This document shows positions 1-9,434 of a stretch of 64,000 nucleotides of DNA, one piece after another (within the stretch, counting starts at the first letter, position 1; each line of letters starts with the position of its first letter). The stretch is from Bdellovibrionales bacterium (lineage in GTDB: Bacteria; Bdellovibrionota; Bdellovibrionia; Bdellovibrionales; CAYMLA01), in the NCBI GenBank assembly GCA_965217115.1, contig OZ244239.1, forward strand, positions 448,001-512,000. Reading direction: 5' to 3'. The notes beneath the pieces were generated by a model. It was not told the origin of the DNA and made no database searches. It was given only the letters and a program-made list of their open reading frames with translations. A program made the position numbers and the translations under genes.

Positions 1-156
1 ATAAGGGTTTTGGTATTTAGAATAAGGATTCTGATACTTAGAATAAGGGTTGCACCTCTCTGTATAACAATTTACTTTCTTCGTATTTGAACTCCCATAC
101 CCATAGCTTACTTGAGCACTTATCAGCACAACCAAAACAATCATCAAAGTTTTCAT
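1..156 (-). CDS. Partial (runs off window) exported protein with NPYSKYQ heptad repeats
   Basis: Not in the ORF track. Manual translation from ATG at 156 (AAGGAG RBS upstream) gives MKTLMIVLVVLISAQVSYGYGSSNTKKVNCYTERC-NPYSKYQ-NPYSKYQ-NPY. Signal-peptide-like N-terminus; 21-bp tandem repeat at 1-51. Confidence 0.7.
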   Translation of the reverse strand, partial: MKTLMIVLVVLISAQVSYGYGSSNTKKVNCYTERCNPYSKYQNPYSKYQNPY

Positions 157-415
157 GCAAGAATCTCCTTTCTAAAAGGATTATTATAATGCAGTGCGCT
201 ATAGCAATCAATGCTATTTATTCATATCTTTTTTTCAAATTCCAGGTTTTTATCAAGATACTGACGTTTTTATCGTGTGAATTTTCTCTTTAATTTCAGT
301 GAGTTATGGATCACAGAGAAATATCATCAAGATCTTATCATATTAGGACACGATTGAGAGAATTTTATGAAAGAGAAAATTGCAATATCAGATGCTTTAA
401 AAAGGAATTGAAATA

Positions 416-1504
416 ATGAGTGGATTATCAATTTCTGAAAAAAGACTCTTTGAAGATATTTTGGAAATGAGTTGTGGTTATGTTTTTGATTTCTCTAATG
501 AGGATTTCCATGAGTTTTTTGAGACAGTCCTAAACATTGATATTTTCGATGAAAAGTACAATTTTAAAAGTGGCTCTAAGGCTAACCGAATGCGTGCTTT
601 TTGGAATAATGAAAATGGACAATGTGTCGGTAAAGTACTTTTTGAGATGATTCAACTGATCGAGCTTGGCGACGAATATGACGAGAATAAAATAGAAAAA
701 GCCAAAATAATAGTTCAAAGACTTCTTAGGGGGGAAACTAGGATAAACCATACAGATAGAAACTTGGAAGGGATTTGGCAACCAGGGAAGTTGAGAGTTT
801 TTATTTCTCACAGAGATAGGTACAAGAAAGATGCTATGGCACTAGGAAAGAAACTTGAAGTTTTAGGAATTAGCTCATTTGTTGCCCACGAAACAATAAC
901 TCCTACAACAAAATGGAAGGACGAAATCCATAAAGGTCTTGAGACTATGGATGCATGTATCGCCTTTCTTACCAGTGATTTTTATGAGAGTGAGTGGACA
1001 AATCAAGAACTGGGTTATGCATTATCCAGACAAGTTCCAGTATTCTTCTACAGTGTAGATAGGACTGACCCTAAAGGCTTTCATTTCGATATTCAAGCAA
1101 TAAAACAAGGGGAAGTTGCATTAATGTCTCATCTTAAAATACAGTTTAAAGGACATGAATATGTTAAAAATGCTCTTCTTGAGAGTTTTTACGCAGCAAT
1201 CAATGGAAGTTTCAATAATGCAAAGAACGCTTTGATACGAATCATAGGACTTGAACTATCAAATACTGAGATTGAAAAAATTGTGAGTTCAATTCAAAAT
1301 CCAACCAAACATCTTAATCATTTAAAGATTTTACTTCAAGATGATCCTATATCTGAAGGCTTAAAGACACAGTTTAAGTTTCAGGAAAACACTTACAAGG
1401 AATTACTGTTAAATAAAATTCTAAGCCAGTGCACAACAGGCAAATATAAGATTGAAGTTGATAACGACGATCGAAGAATAACAATTAACGAGGAGAACAT
1501 TTGA
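416..1504 (+). CDS. AbiJ-NTD3-like N-terminal domain fused to a TIR domain (putative NADase/signalling defence protein)
   Basis: N-terminal GYVFDFSN..F.EFF...SGSKANRMRAFW resembles AbiJ_NTD3. TIR motifs VFISH, SSFVAHETI, WKDEI and SEWTNQELGYA (catalytic Glu position). Confidence 0.8.
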   Translation: MSGLSISEKRLFEDILEMSCGYVFDFSNEDFHEFFETVLNIDIFDEKYNFKSGSKANRMRAFWNNENGQCVGKVLFEMIQLIELGDEYDENKIEKAKIIVQRLLRGETRINHTDRNLEGIWQPGKLRVFISHRDRYKKDAMALGKKLEVLGISSFVAHETITPTTKWKDEIHKGLETMDACIAFLTSDFYESEWTNQELGYALSRQVPVFFYSVDRTDPKGFHFDIQAIKQGEVALMSHLKIQFKGHEYVKNALLESFYAAINGSFNNAKNALIRIIGLELSNTEIEKIVSSIQNPTKHLNHLKILLQDDPISEGLKTQFKFQENTYKELLLNKILSQCTTGKYKIEVDNDDRRITINEENI

Positions 1505-1556
1505 TATGTCTATTAAAATCAAAAATGGCTGTCTTATAGCATTGAGGAATAAATAG

Positions 1557-2366
1557 ATGCGCCATATTACTCAATGGCTCAGTCAATTATCTAATATAAC
1601 TACCAATGAAGGTAGAGACATTGAAATATATCACCTGAAGCACCAACAAGACCCAGTAATTCTTTCTAATTGGGCTAAACACTTTAGAGAGCACTATTGC
1701 CCTGATGATCTTATTGATGTCTTAACATCAGGGACTGGACTTTCGCGGAAAGACTATCTGGAACAAATGGTATTTCCTGATAAAACACTAGCTCTCGGCC
1801 CTTCAATTCGATCAGGTGATTTTGGAGAACTGTTGGTAGCCGATTATTTGCAATTTTCTTTAAACTATTGGGTTCCTCGAATCAGAATGGAGAGTAAGGC
1901 AGTAAGAAATGAGTCTGTAAAAGGTTGTGATGTTATTGGCTTTAAAATAGTAAGTCAGTGTAAAATATCAGCTGATGATGAATTAGCAATATATGAGTGT
2001 AAGGCTGCCTTATCGACAAGCAGCAAAGAGAATAGTCTCCAAAGAGCAATTGATGATTCCGCAAAAGATGCTTTAAGAAAAGCTGAAGCTTTAAATTTTT
2101 TAAAAAGAAGATTGATAGAGAAATCAGATCAAATGTGGAAAACTGTTGAACGATTCCAAAACCCTGAAGATGATTCATACAAAGAAGCAAATGGCGCTGC
2201 TGCAATTTTATCAACTAATATTTTTGAGCAGATGCATGGAAAGTTTACTTCAACAAAAGGAAATCAACATCCCAACTCTTCGAGACTAAAACTTCTAATT
2301 ATACATGGCGATAATCTGATGCAATTTGTGCATGCACTGTATGAAAGGGCTGCTAATGAAGCCTAG
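1557..2366 (+). CDS. hamA: Hachiman HamA (DUF1837) PD-(D/E)xK nuclease
   Basis: RSGDFGELLVADYL, GCDVIGF and IYECKA nuclease motifs; overlaps a downstream Ski2-like helicase. Confidence 0.8.
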   Translation: MRHITQWLSQLSNITTNEGRDIEIYHLKHQQDPVILSNWAKHFREHYCPDDLIDVLTSGTGLSRKDYLEQMVFPDKTLALGPSIRSGDFGELLVADYLQFSLNYWVPRIRMESKAVRNESVKGCDVIGFKIVSQCKISADDELAIYECKAALSTSSKENSLQRAIDDSAKDALRKAEALNFLKRRLIEKSDQMWKTVERFQNPEDDSYKEANGAAAILSTNIFEQMHGKFTSTKGNQHPNSSRLKLLIIHGDNLMQFVHALYERAANEA

Positions 2367-5300
2367 AGAAAACTCCAAAAATCTCCTTGGCGTAACAAGG
2401 TCAAAAGCAAAAATGTATGAATACTCAGTACCTGAAGATCACCATATCAAAATAACAAGAGATCCTTCTCATCTTTTCCCAATATCATTTGCTCTTTTAG
2501 GAGATGTTGCAGCTGATTTATGTCGCCCTAATGCCGATCAAGAGACCTTAAAAAACAATATAACCGAGTTAGCTTTTTCAGCTCTTTTTTTTGACTCCTA
2601 TACACAAACTTATCTCAATGATGAATTGGATGAATACTTATCTTTACTGGCGGCGGCTGCATATTACCTTTGTGATTTGCCAGGCAGTACAACGGCAATT
2701 TTAAATAGAATGCCAGAGATATCTAACGATAACTATTCTGGTGAACTTGAAAGATTTCTCTTCTGGCTTCTTAAATCAGACTTTGAAGTAGGTTTTGAAT
2801 TTGGAGATACTATTTGTAAAAAAGAGTTCTCTCAACTCAAAGACCTAATTCGTGACTATTTTACAGGTAAAACTTCATGGCAAAATGTTTTAAATTTTGT
2901 TCCAACTATAAGGAGCAAAATTTATGACATAGGCTCGCCAAGAGATTTATTGCTTACAGACATTTCCTTAGCAGTTTTACTTCTTAAAATTAGAAACTCA
3001 ACTAGAACACTTCTTCCTCAATATACAGATTTAGATATTTCAACTTGGAATACCATTCTTTCTCAAAGTTCGTTTATTAAAGAATTGTGGCCATCACAAA
3101 GACTTTTAGGGAAAAAAAATGTTTTCAAAGGAGCTTCAGCCGTTATTCAAATGCCTACAAGTGCAGGGAAATCCAAGTCTATTGAGTTGATAATTCGCTC
3201 TGCTTTTCTTTCTGGGCGAACTAAAACTTGTGTCGTTGTTGCACCTTTTAGAGCCTTGTGCAGAGAAATTACAGAAAACTTGGCTAATGCTTTCAATGGT
3301 GAATCCATTAACATAAATGAATTAAGCGATGTATTTCAGAAAGACTTTGATGCAGAGAATCTTGTAAATGAATCTTCATTCCAGATTCTTTCTGTGACTC
3401 CTGAGAAATTAGTGTATGTACTACGACAAACACCTGACCTAGCTGAAAAAATAGGACTGTTAATTTTCGATGAAGGCCATCAATTCGATAACGGCACTCG
3501 TGGTGTTACTTATGAGTTACTAATTACTAGCTTAAAATCGCTTTTACCTCATGATGTACAGATGATTTTGATTTCTGCTGTCATTTCAAATGCTGAAGCA
3601 ATTGCAAGTTGGCTTTTGGGTGAAAGATCGCAAGTTATTAAGGACTCAAGTCTAGTTACAACATTTAGAACTATAGGTTTTTCAACCTGGACAACATCTC
3701 AAGGCCAGATTCAATACGTTAAGCCTAACGACATAGATCAAAATGAGTTTTTTGTACCTAGAGTTATTGAACGCCAAAACTTAGCAAAACGTGGTAGAGA
3801 GAGTAAAATTAGACAGTTCCCCCGCTTAAATGATGGGAAAACAGTAGCTGCCCATTTAGGGATAAAGCTTGTTAAAAATGGTGGAGTCGCAATTTTCTGT
3901 GGAGTTAAATCAACAGCAACAAATTTAGCTAATGACATAATTAAAGCGTTTGATCGTAGCTATTCTATGGAACCACCTTTGAATTTTTCGGATCAGTTGG
4001 AACTTACGAAAATTTCGTTTTTGTTTGAAGAGCACTTTGGTGCCAGTTCAGTTGAATGTAAGGCCGCGAAATATGGTGTTTTAACTCATCATGCAGGAAT
4101 TCCCCATGGGTTACGTTTGGCCACAGAAAATGCTCTTCGTGAGGGACACGCTAAATTTATAATTTGTACTTCTACTCTCGCTCAAGGAGTTAATCTTCCA
4201 ATAAAATACTTATTGTTCACAAATATTTATCAAGCAGGTGAAAAATTAAGCGTTAGAAATTTTCATAACCTTATCGGTCGGGCTGGTCGTTCAGGTCTTC
4301 AAACAGAAGGAACGATTATATTTGCTGACCCCGAAGTGTATGATAAACGCTCTAACCAAAGCTTTCAATCAATAAGAGAGTTGTTTGACTCTTCTAAGAC
4401 AGAACCTTGTACAAGTAGTTTATTAAGTATTTTTGCTCCGATACGCAGTTCTGATAAAAAGCTGGATTTAAATATCAGTGAAACAGATATCCTAAATATA
4501 TTAGAAAAATTTTATAAAGATGAAGCGTCTTTGAATACCTTGATCTCAGATATTGACAAACAATCAAAAGACAACAACTTTAATGAGAAAACTGTGCGTG
4601 CTCAATTTAAGTATAAATTAAAAATAGCAAGTTCAATTGAAGGATACTTAATTTCTACACTCGAAGGCACAGAGGAAGATAGAAGAGATTTGCTCTGTTC
4701 GGAACTGGCAAAAAGAACTTTAGCTTATCATTTGGCAAGTGCCGAACAAAAGCTTTTGTTGGAAAAACTATTCAGTATTATTAGTAAAAATATTGACGAC
4801 AAAGTTCCTTCTGAAATCAAGAAAGCAAGCTATAGTAGAGCTTTGACAGGGATTGCTGAGATGATTGAAATTGAAAAATGGGTTGAGGAAAACGCTTACC
4901 CTATTACATTATCTTCTGACGATGATAACTCACTATTTGAAGTTCTTTATCCCGTTATTGAAAAGTATTTAAATGGAGATACTTTAAAAAAAATATTTCC
5001 AGAAGGTCAAAGGAGCCCATTGGCGTTGAGTTGGGTTTCTGGTTCTTCTTACTATGAAATGTTATCTCATCTGTTGAGTAATAAATCTTGGCTTCAAGCA
5101 GGCTCCCAAAAGCGCAGAATACAATTATCTCACATAGTTGATATCTGCGATAGACAACTTGCCTTCGACGGAATGTTGACTCTTGGAGCAATTGCTGAAA
5201 TTTTGGAGTCTGACCCTGACTTCACGAATACAACTATTCCTAAATCTGTTCGTTTACTTCAGAAAAGAATTAAATATGGACTACCTGATAAACTTTCTGT

Positions 5301-5496
5301 TAGGGTCTTTGAACTGGGTTTTTCCGATCGAGTAATCGCACAAAAATTAGGAAATTATTTAGAACAAAAGAATGTTCGAAATAACTTTATGCTTACCCAA
5401 GAAATTAAAAAAAATATTGATGAAATAAGAAGTATTCTATTGCCTTATCCATCTTACTTTTTAGGTGTTTTAGATAAATTTTTGGTTGATGACTAA
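2356..5496 (+). CDS. hamB: Hachiman HamB DEAD/DEAH (Ski2-like) helicase
   Basis: MPTSAGKS (motif I), DEGHQ (II), ISAV (III), STLAQGVNLP (V), NLIGRAGR (VI). Likely start is ATG 2356, overlapping the hamA stop; the ORF track starts at 2326. Confidence 0.85.
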   Translation: MKPRENSKNLLGVTRSKAKMYEYSVPEDHHIKITRDPSHLFPISFALLGDVAADLCRPNADQETLKNNITELAFSALFFDSYTQTYLNDELDEYLSLLAAAAYYLCDLPGSTTAILNRMPEISNDNYSGELERFLFWLLKSDFEVGFEFGDTICKKEFSQLKDLIRDYFTGKTSWQNVLNFVPTIRSKIYDIGSPRDLLLTDISLAVLLLKIRNSTRTLLPQYTDLDISTWNTILSQSSFIKELWPSQRLLGKKNVFKGASAVIQMPTSAGKSKSIELIIRSAFLSGRTKTCVVVAPFRALCREITENLANAFNGESININELSDVFQKDFDAENLVNESSFQILSVTPEKLVYVLRQTPDLAEKIGLLIFDEGHQFDNGTRGVTYELLITSLKSLLPHDVQMILISAVISNAEAIASWLLGERSQVIKDSSLVTTFRTIGFSTWTTSQGQIQYVKPNDIDQNEFFVPRVIERQNLAKRGRESKIRQFPRLNDGKTVAAHLGIKLVKNGGVAIFCGVKSTATNLANDIIKAFDRSYSMEPPLNFSDQLELTKISFLFEEHFGASSVECKAAKYGVLTHHAGIPHGLRLATENALREGHAKFIICTSTLAQGVNLPIKYLLFTNIYQAGEKLSVRNFHNLIGRAGRSGLQTEGTIIFADPEVYDKRSNQSFQSIRELFDSSKTEPCTSSLLSIFAPIRSSDKKLDLNISETDILNILEKFYKDEASLNTLISDIDKQSKDNNFNEKTVRAQFKYKLKIASSIEGYLISTLEGTEEDRRDLLCSELAKRTLAYHLASAEQKLLLEKLFSIISKNIDDKVPSEIKKASYSRALTGIAEMIEIEKWVEENAYPITLSSDDDNSLFEVLYPVIEKYLNGDTLKKIFPEGQRSPLALSWVSGSSYYEMLSHLLSNKSWLQAGSQKRRIQLSHIVDICDRQLAFDGMLTLGAIAEILESDPDFTNTTIPKSVRLLQKRIKYGLPDKLSVRVFELGFSDRVIAQKLGNYLEQKNVRNNFMLTQEIKKNIDEIRSILLPYPSYFLGVLDKFLVDD

Positions 5497-5511
5497 ATTT
5501 TGGAGCTTTGA

Positions 5512-6342
5512 GTGAATAAAAAGATTAATCCTTTTGAGAGAAAAACAGCTGCTGATCAAGAAGAGTTTAAAAGCCACGAAGTCTTTTTTGAGTTAGAAAA
5601 ACTTCAATCTTTTTATGATTTATTTTCGCTGTCAATCATGAATTTTATGACTGTCGGAACTCGATCAATTATCAATATTGACAGCTACCTTTATTCCTCC
5701 ATTCAAGGAACACTAGAGTCTATAGGAATGATTCTAAAAAAAGGTCGTCTTGGAGATGCCTTTTCATTGCTAAGAAAATATCATGATTCGGTTATTCTTA
5801 ATGTTTATACAAATATTTATTTGGCAAATAATCATGATCTATCCACGAGGCTCATAGTTGAGGAGATTACTGATTGGCTGAATGGGAAAAAGAAATTACC
5901 TCATAATACTTATGGATCAATGTCTGAGTATATTGAAAGATCAGAGAAATTAAAAGATATTTTCTCTATTCTTAGCAAGGACAAGAGCTATCGCTTAACA
6001 AGACAAAGGTGTAACGATCACACACATTACAATTATTTTAGCAATGTTTTGGTTAATGACAATCAGGTTCATTTTCCAAAACGAATAGAGCTTTTGAATA
6101 CCTTTAAAGGAGATTTGGGAAACATAGCTCTCTTGCATTTGTCATGTATATTTAAGCTCAACGATCATTATATGATGTCTAGTGACTATATAGATTATCT
6201 TGAGATGGGGATGACACCTGAGTCTAACTCCCAGTACTGGGTTGCACCTTTCGTGCAGTCTGTATTTACAGAGCTGATTGAAAAGTATCAGCCTGAAATC
6301 GCCAAACTTATAAAAAAAGAGTCTTCTATGAAGCTTTCATAA
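5512..6342 (+). CDS. Helical hypothetical protein, possibly HEPN-like
   Basis: 15 bp after hamB with GGAG RBS. Helical-looking sequence with DAFSLLRKYHD and RQRCNDHTH (Rx4-6H-like). Confidence 0.5.
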   Translation: MNKKINPFERKTAADQEEFKSHEVFFELEKLQSFYDLFSLSIMNFMTVGTRSIINIDSYLYSSIQGTLESIGMILKKGRLGDAFSLLRKYHDSVILNVYTNIYLANNHDLSTRLIVEEITDWLNGKKKLPHNTYGSMSEYIERSEKLKDIFSILSKDKSYRLTRQRCNDHTHYNYFSNVLVNDNQVHFPKRIELLNTFKGDLGNIALLHLSCIFKLNDHYMMSSDYIDYLEMGMTPESNSQYWVAPFVQSVFTELIEKYQPEIAKLIKKESSMKLS

Positions 6343-6433
6343 ATTCTAATCTCATAGTTACTACAACATTTTGAATGGAGCAACGCCACAGCAGCTCAAC
6401 TATAAAAAAAGCTAGTCCATCAATAACTTTGTG

Positions 6434-6502
6434 TAACTCATCAGACCTGTTTTATGAGCATCTACGTCTTCACTGACAAGATCTTGTGACATTCCGTAGA
6501 TG
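6434..6502. repeat. 69-bp dyad-symmetric repeat, copy 1
   Basis: 63/69 identical to 13727-13795. Contains CATCTACG...ACAAGATCTTGT...CGTAGATG. Confidence 0.85.
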
Positions 6503-6670
6503 CCTGAGCTAAACGCCAAGAAGATAAAGCAAGGCGTTATCGCCTTGTCGGTGAGCTTGGTTCCAGTCAAATCCGCTTAGGTGCGGAAAAGGATTTTTAC
6601 CACCTCAGATTCAGCAGTGATTTCAGAGGAATGAGATAATTCTTCTAAAATTGCAGTTCCAAACTCACTT

Positions 6671-6684
6671 ACTAGGGCGCACCA
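6671..6684 (+). other. Possible tRNA 3'-end remnant (att-like core) ACTAGGGCGCACCA
   Basis: AGGGCGC-A-CCA looks like the 3' acceptor strand plus CCA of a tRNA starting GCGCCCT (tRNA-Arg type). No T-arm is present and the match is only 14 nt. Confidence 0.25.
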
Positions 6685-7099
6685 TTCATCAAGGTATCTG
6701 GTGTTGCATTAAACATAATGCTCTTTAAACTATTTAGGAATACGGAATAAGATTTAACCTTTGATTATCTTGCAAAGAGGATTGAATTTGATTTCTCCTT
6801 GATAGAATTAGCAGCAAGCAGCAACGGCGGTTTCCCCCAACAGGCTCAAGACTTCTTGTTTTCCGTCAGAAAAAATAGAGTTTAGTAAATATTACCCATT
6901 TAAAATATTTAATTGTAAACTTATAACATATTGATTTTAAAGGTATTAATTGAATAATTAGCAATTATATTAATTTATAGGCAGTTTTTAAAAACAAATA
7001 CCTAGGCAGATAACACCTAGCGCCATAGTGTTCGCTCTAAATAGACACAGTCTAACTTCTATATCGGTTAGATCAAACTAGAAACAGGAGAACTTAGCG

Positions 7100-8275
7100 A
7101 TGAAAAAGAGGACACTATTGTACCCATTATTAGTTTTATTATTATCCAATTTCAGCTATGCCAAAGATTGGAATAATAGAGGACGAAACTCTGATCAAGA
7201 GGAAGACAGTTCTTATCAAAAACAATCAGACTCAAACAGCGGATGCTTTTTAGGGTTATTTTGTTCTGATAATGCTAATTCTGATAATAATTCTGATGAA
7301 GTCGGCCCTATGGAAATTCCCGTAATTAATCAAGGGCTGTCAGCAAAAATAGCCCCCGCTTTTGAAAAAGCAAAAGATGAGCTTCGTGCTGTTGAAAAGA
7401 TTTATGACGATGGAGATTACGGCAAAGCATTGAGAGTCTCTAAAGATTTATTAGATCAAATTAAATCTAAGACAGGAATAAATCCGAAAGCTAAATTTCG
7501 TGAAAAAATACTTGTAAAAGGGATTTTCACTAGAGGCTCGAAAAATGAACTAAAAACTAATTTTGTAAACCTAAGGAATGAGCAGAAAGAAGCTCTAGCT
7601 GAGGCTGTGAATAACCATCTTGGCGGTTTTTACCTAGATCTTTTGAACCTTTATAAAAGAACGACACTTATTTATATTAAGTCTTTTTATCAAAAAATTA
7701 AACAGATGGGCGATTTAAGGCAAAGAGATATCGATAAGATCAAGAGAGATTTAGCTCTTATTCATGATATTAGCATCTTAGTTAAAGATCAGAACCTACA
7801 ATCTTCTTTTATCTTGTTTGACAGTGATGTCGCTGATTCAGATCAGCAGTATTTTTTCAATAGAGAGCTTGTTGATTTTATTTTGGAAGTGAAAGAAATT
7901 AGCTTTGATGAGAAAGCTTTTTCTCAGTTCTCATTACTTTTAAAAAATTCAGAGTTAGATCAATACAGAGCAGGCTTACTACCTGAGCCTTTAAGTGCTG
8001 TAGAGAAAAGAGCCCAGGTTAGATTGGAAAAGGCACGTGAAAAGGCACATGGTTATGCAAGGTGCAAAGACGCAGCCAGTTTGTTCTCTAACAACCCGAA
8101 AAATGAAGCACCACAAGCAAAAAAAAGGAGAAGTTGTTTTTATAAATACAAAAATACAGCAAATCTCAGCTTCACAGAATGTATGTCTATGGCTTCGTAT
8201 TTCTCTAACAACCCGAAAAATGGAGCACCACAGGCATATGAATCAGTAAAGTGTCATGATGCTTATTATAAATAA
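7100..8275 (+). CDS. Exported hypothetical protein with C-terminal Cys-containing 39-aa repeats
   Basis: AGGAG RBS and signal peptide. FSNNPKN(E/G)APQA occurs twice (8084-8119 and 8201-8236). Confidence 0.75.
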   Translation: MKKRTLLYPLLVLLLSNFSYAKDWNNRGRNSDQEEDSSYQKQSDSNSGCFLGLFCSDNANSDNNSDEVGPMEIPVINQGLSAKIAPAFEKAKDELRAVEKIYDDGDYGKALRVSKDLLDQIKSKTGINPKAKFREKILVKGIFTRGSKNELKTNFVNLRNEQKEALAEAVNNHLGGFYLDLLNLYKRTTLIYIKSFYQKIKQMGDLRQRDIDKIKRDLALIHDISILVKDQNLQSSFILFDSDVADSDQQYFFNRELVDFILEVKEISFDEKAFSQFSLLLKNSELDQYRAGLLPEPLSAVEKRAQVRLEKAREKAHGYARCKDAASLFSNNPKNEAPQAKKRRSCFYKYKNTANLSFTECMSMASYFSNNPKNGAPQAYESVKCHDAYYK

Positions 8276-8294
8276 ATTTAAAAGGAGAGTTAAA

Positions 8295-9182
8295 ATGCTT
8301 AGAATTATTACGAAAACAACCTTAGTCTTTTTGGTTTTATCAAGCCAACTTCAAGCTAGTGATCAAGAGCTAAAATCTTATTATGATCTTGTTACGCAAA
8401 TAAAGCAATTACGTGATCAGATCAAGGTCTCACAGTTGGTGGCGAGTGTTGAAACTTCACTCTTGAAAGTTCTCGATGAAAAAATAACAGGTCGATATAC
8501 GTCTGAGAACAATACGAAGGCTTCAGGTTTCTTTCCTTTAGGAAGTGAAGATGCTTTTGTCCTCATTCCTTATTCGGTCACTTATACCAATAAGAAGCTC
8601 CATTCTTACACGAAGATGGTAGCTCGTAACCTGAAAGAGATCAGTGGCTTTTCTCAAAAAAAGCAAGATGATTTTCTAAAGTTGAATCAAAACCTCCAAC
8701 AATATGTTGAAGATCATATTGTGGAAATCACGAATATAAAGGTTCTTACAGCAAGGGCTTTGATAAAGATGTTGTCTCTGATGGATCAGGGGTATGCTTT
8801 TTCAATCAAAGAAGCACAGAATGTCATAAACATGGCTCTTTTTATTGATTTTTCTGGGATGCAAAATGTCAGTGTCTGTACTCAAGTTAATTATGCTTCT
8901 TACATCAAAGAGCAATCTGAAACTGAGTTATCAGGCTATTTTGGTATTTTTATTAGTGGTCATTCCTATAATAAAAAGACCAATGAACAATTTGCTTATT
9001 CTGAAAAAACTTGTGACCCACCCTACTCTGTTGAATCTAGTGTAGGAACTTCTCAGCGTATCGACTTGAGTTATGTAGATCGCTCTTTAAACACTTGGGC
9101 TAAGACGGTTTTCCTTAAGATACTTCTTGAACAAAAAACAGACATTGTATTCCCTGATTTTGGGAGTCCGTATTATCATTAA
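8295..9182 (+). CDS. Exported hypothetical protein
   Basis: AGGAG at 8283 precedes ATG 8295; signal-peptide-like N-terminus; co-oriented with the previous gene. Confidence 0.7.
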   Translation: MLRIITKTTLVFLVLSSQLQASDQELKSYYDLVTQIKQLRDQIKVSQLVASVETSLLKVLDEKITGRYTSENNTKASGFFPLGSEDAFVLIPYSVTYTNKKLHSYTKMVARNLKEISGFSQKKQDDFLKLNQNLQQYVEDHIVEITNIKVLTARALIKMLSLMDQGYAFSIKEAQNVINMALFIDFSGMQNVSVCTQVNYASYIKEQSETELSGYFGIFISGHSYNKKTNEQFAYSEKTCDPPYSVESSVGTSQRIDLSYVDRSLNTWAKTVFLKILLEQKTDIVFPDFGSPYYH

Positions 9183-9434
9183 TTTCCCGTCATTCACGAT
9201 TAATCATCAGCTTTTCTAGAAAAGGGACCAACGGAGTTCCCTTTAGTAAAAAATATTTTCCCAATGATAACAGTGAAAAAGAGGCCCTGAAATCAGGACA
9301 CAATAAATTTTGAGGAAGAAAACAAAAATCCAAGAAAGCTGTAAACTAGTGATCATGCTACAAGTTCCCTAGGACTTTGATCTCTAGCTAAGGTTGTGCG
9401 AGTAAATTGTTTTTCATCTTTGATACATATACAA

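Noticed and set aside
87..293. 68-aa + strand ORF
   Set aside because: It overlaps the better-supported minus-strand gene at 1-156, which has an RBS, a signal peptide and synonymous repeat variation.
416..1504. Thoeris system
   Set aside because: A TIR domain is present but no SIR2/SLOG or Macro ThsA effector is adjacent.
6708..6735. dif/pdif-like site (minus strand AAATAGTTTAA-AGAGCA-TTATGTTTAAT)
   Set aside because: The XerD-like arm is close but the XerC arm is poor; a chance match is likely in AT-rich DNA.
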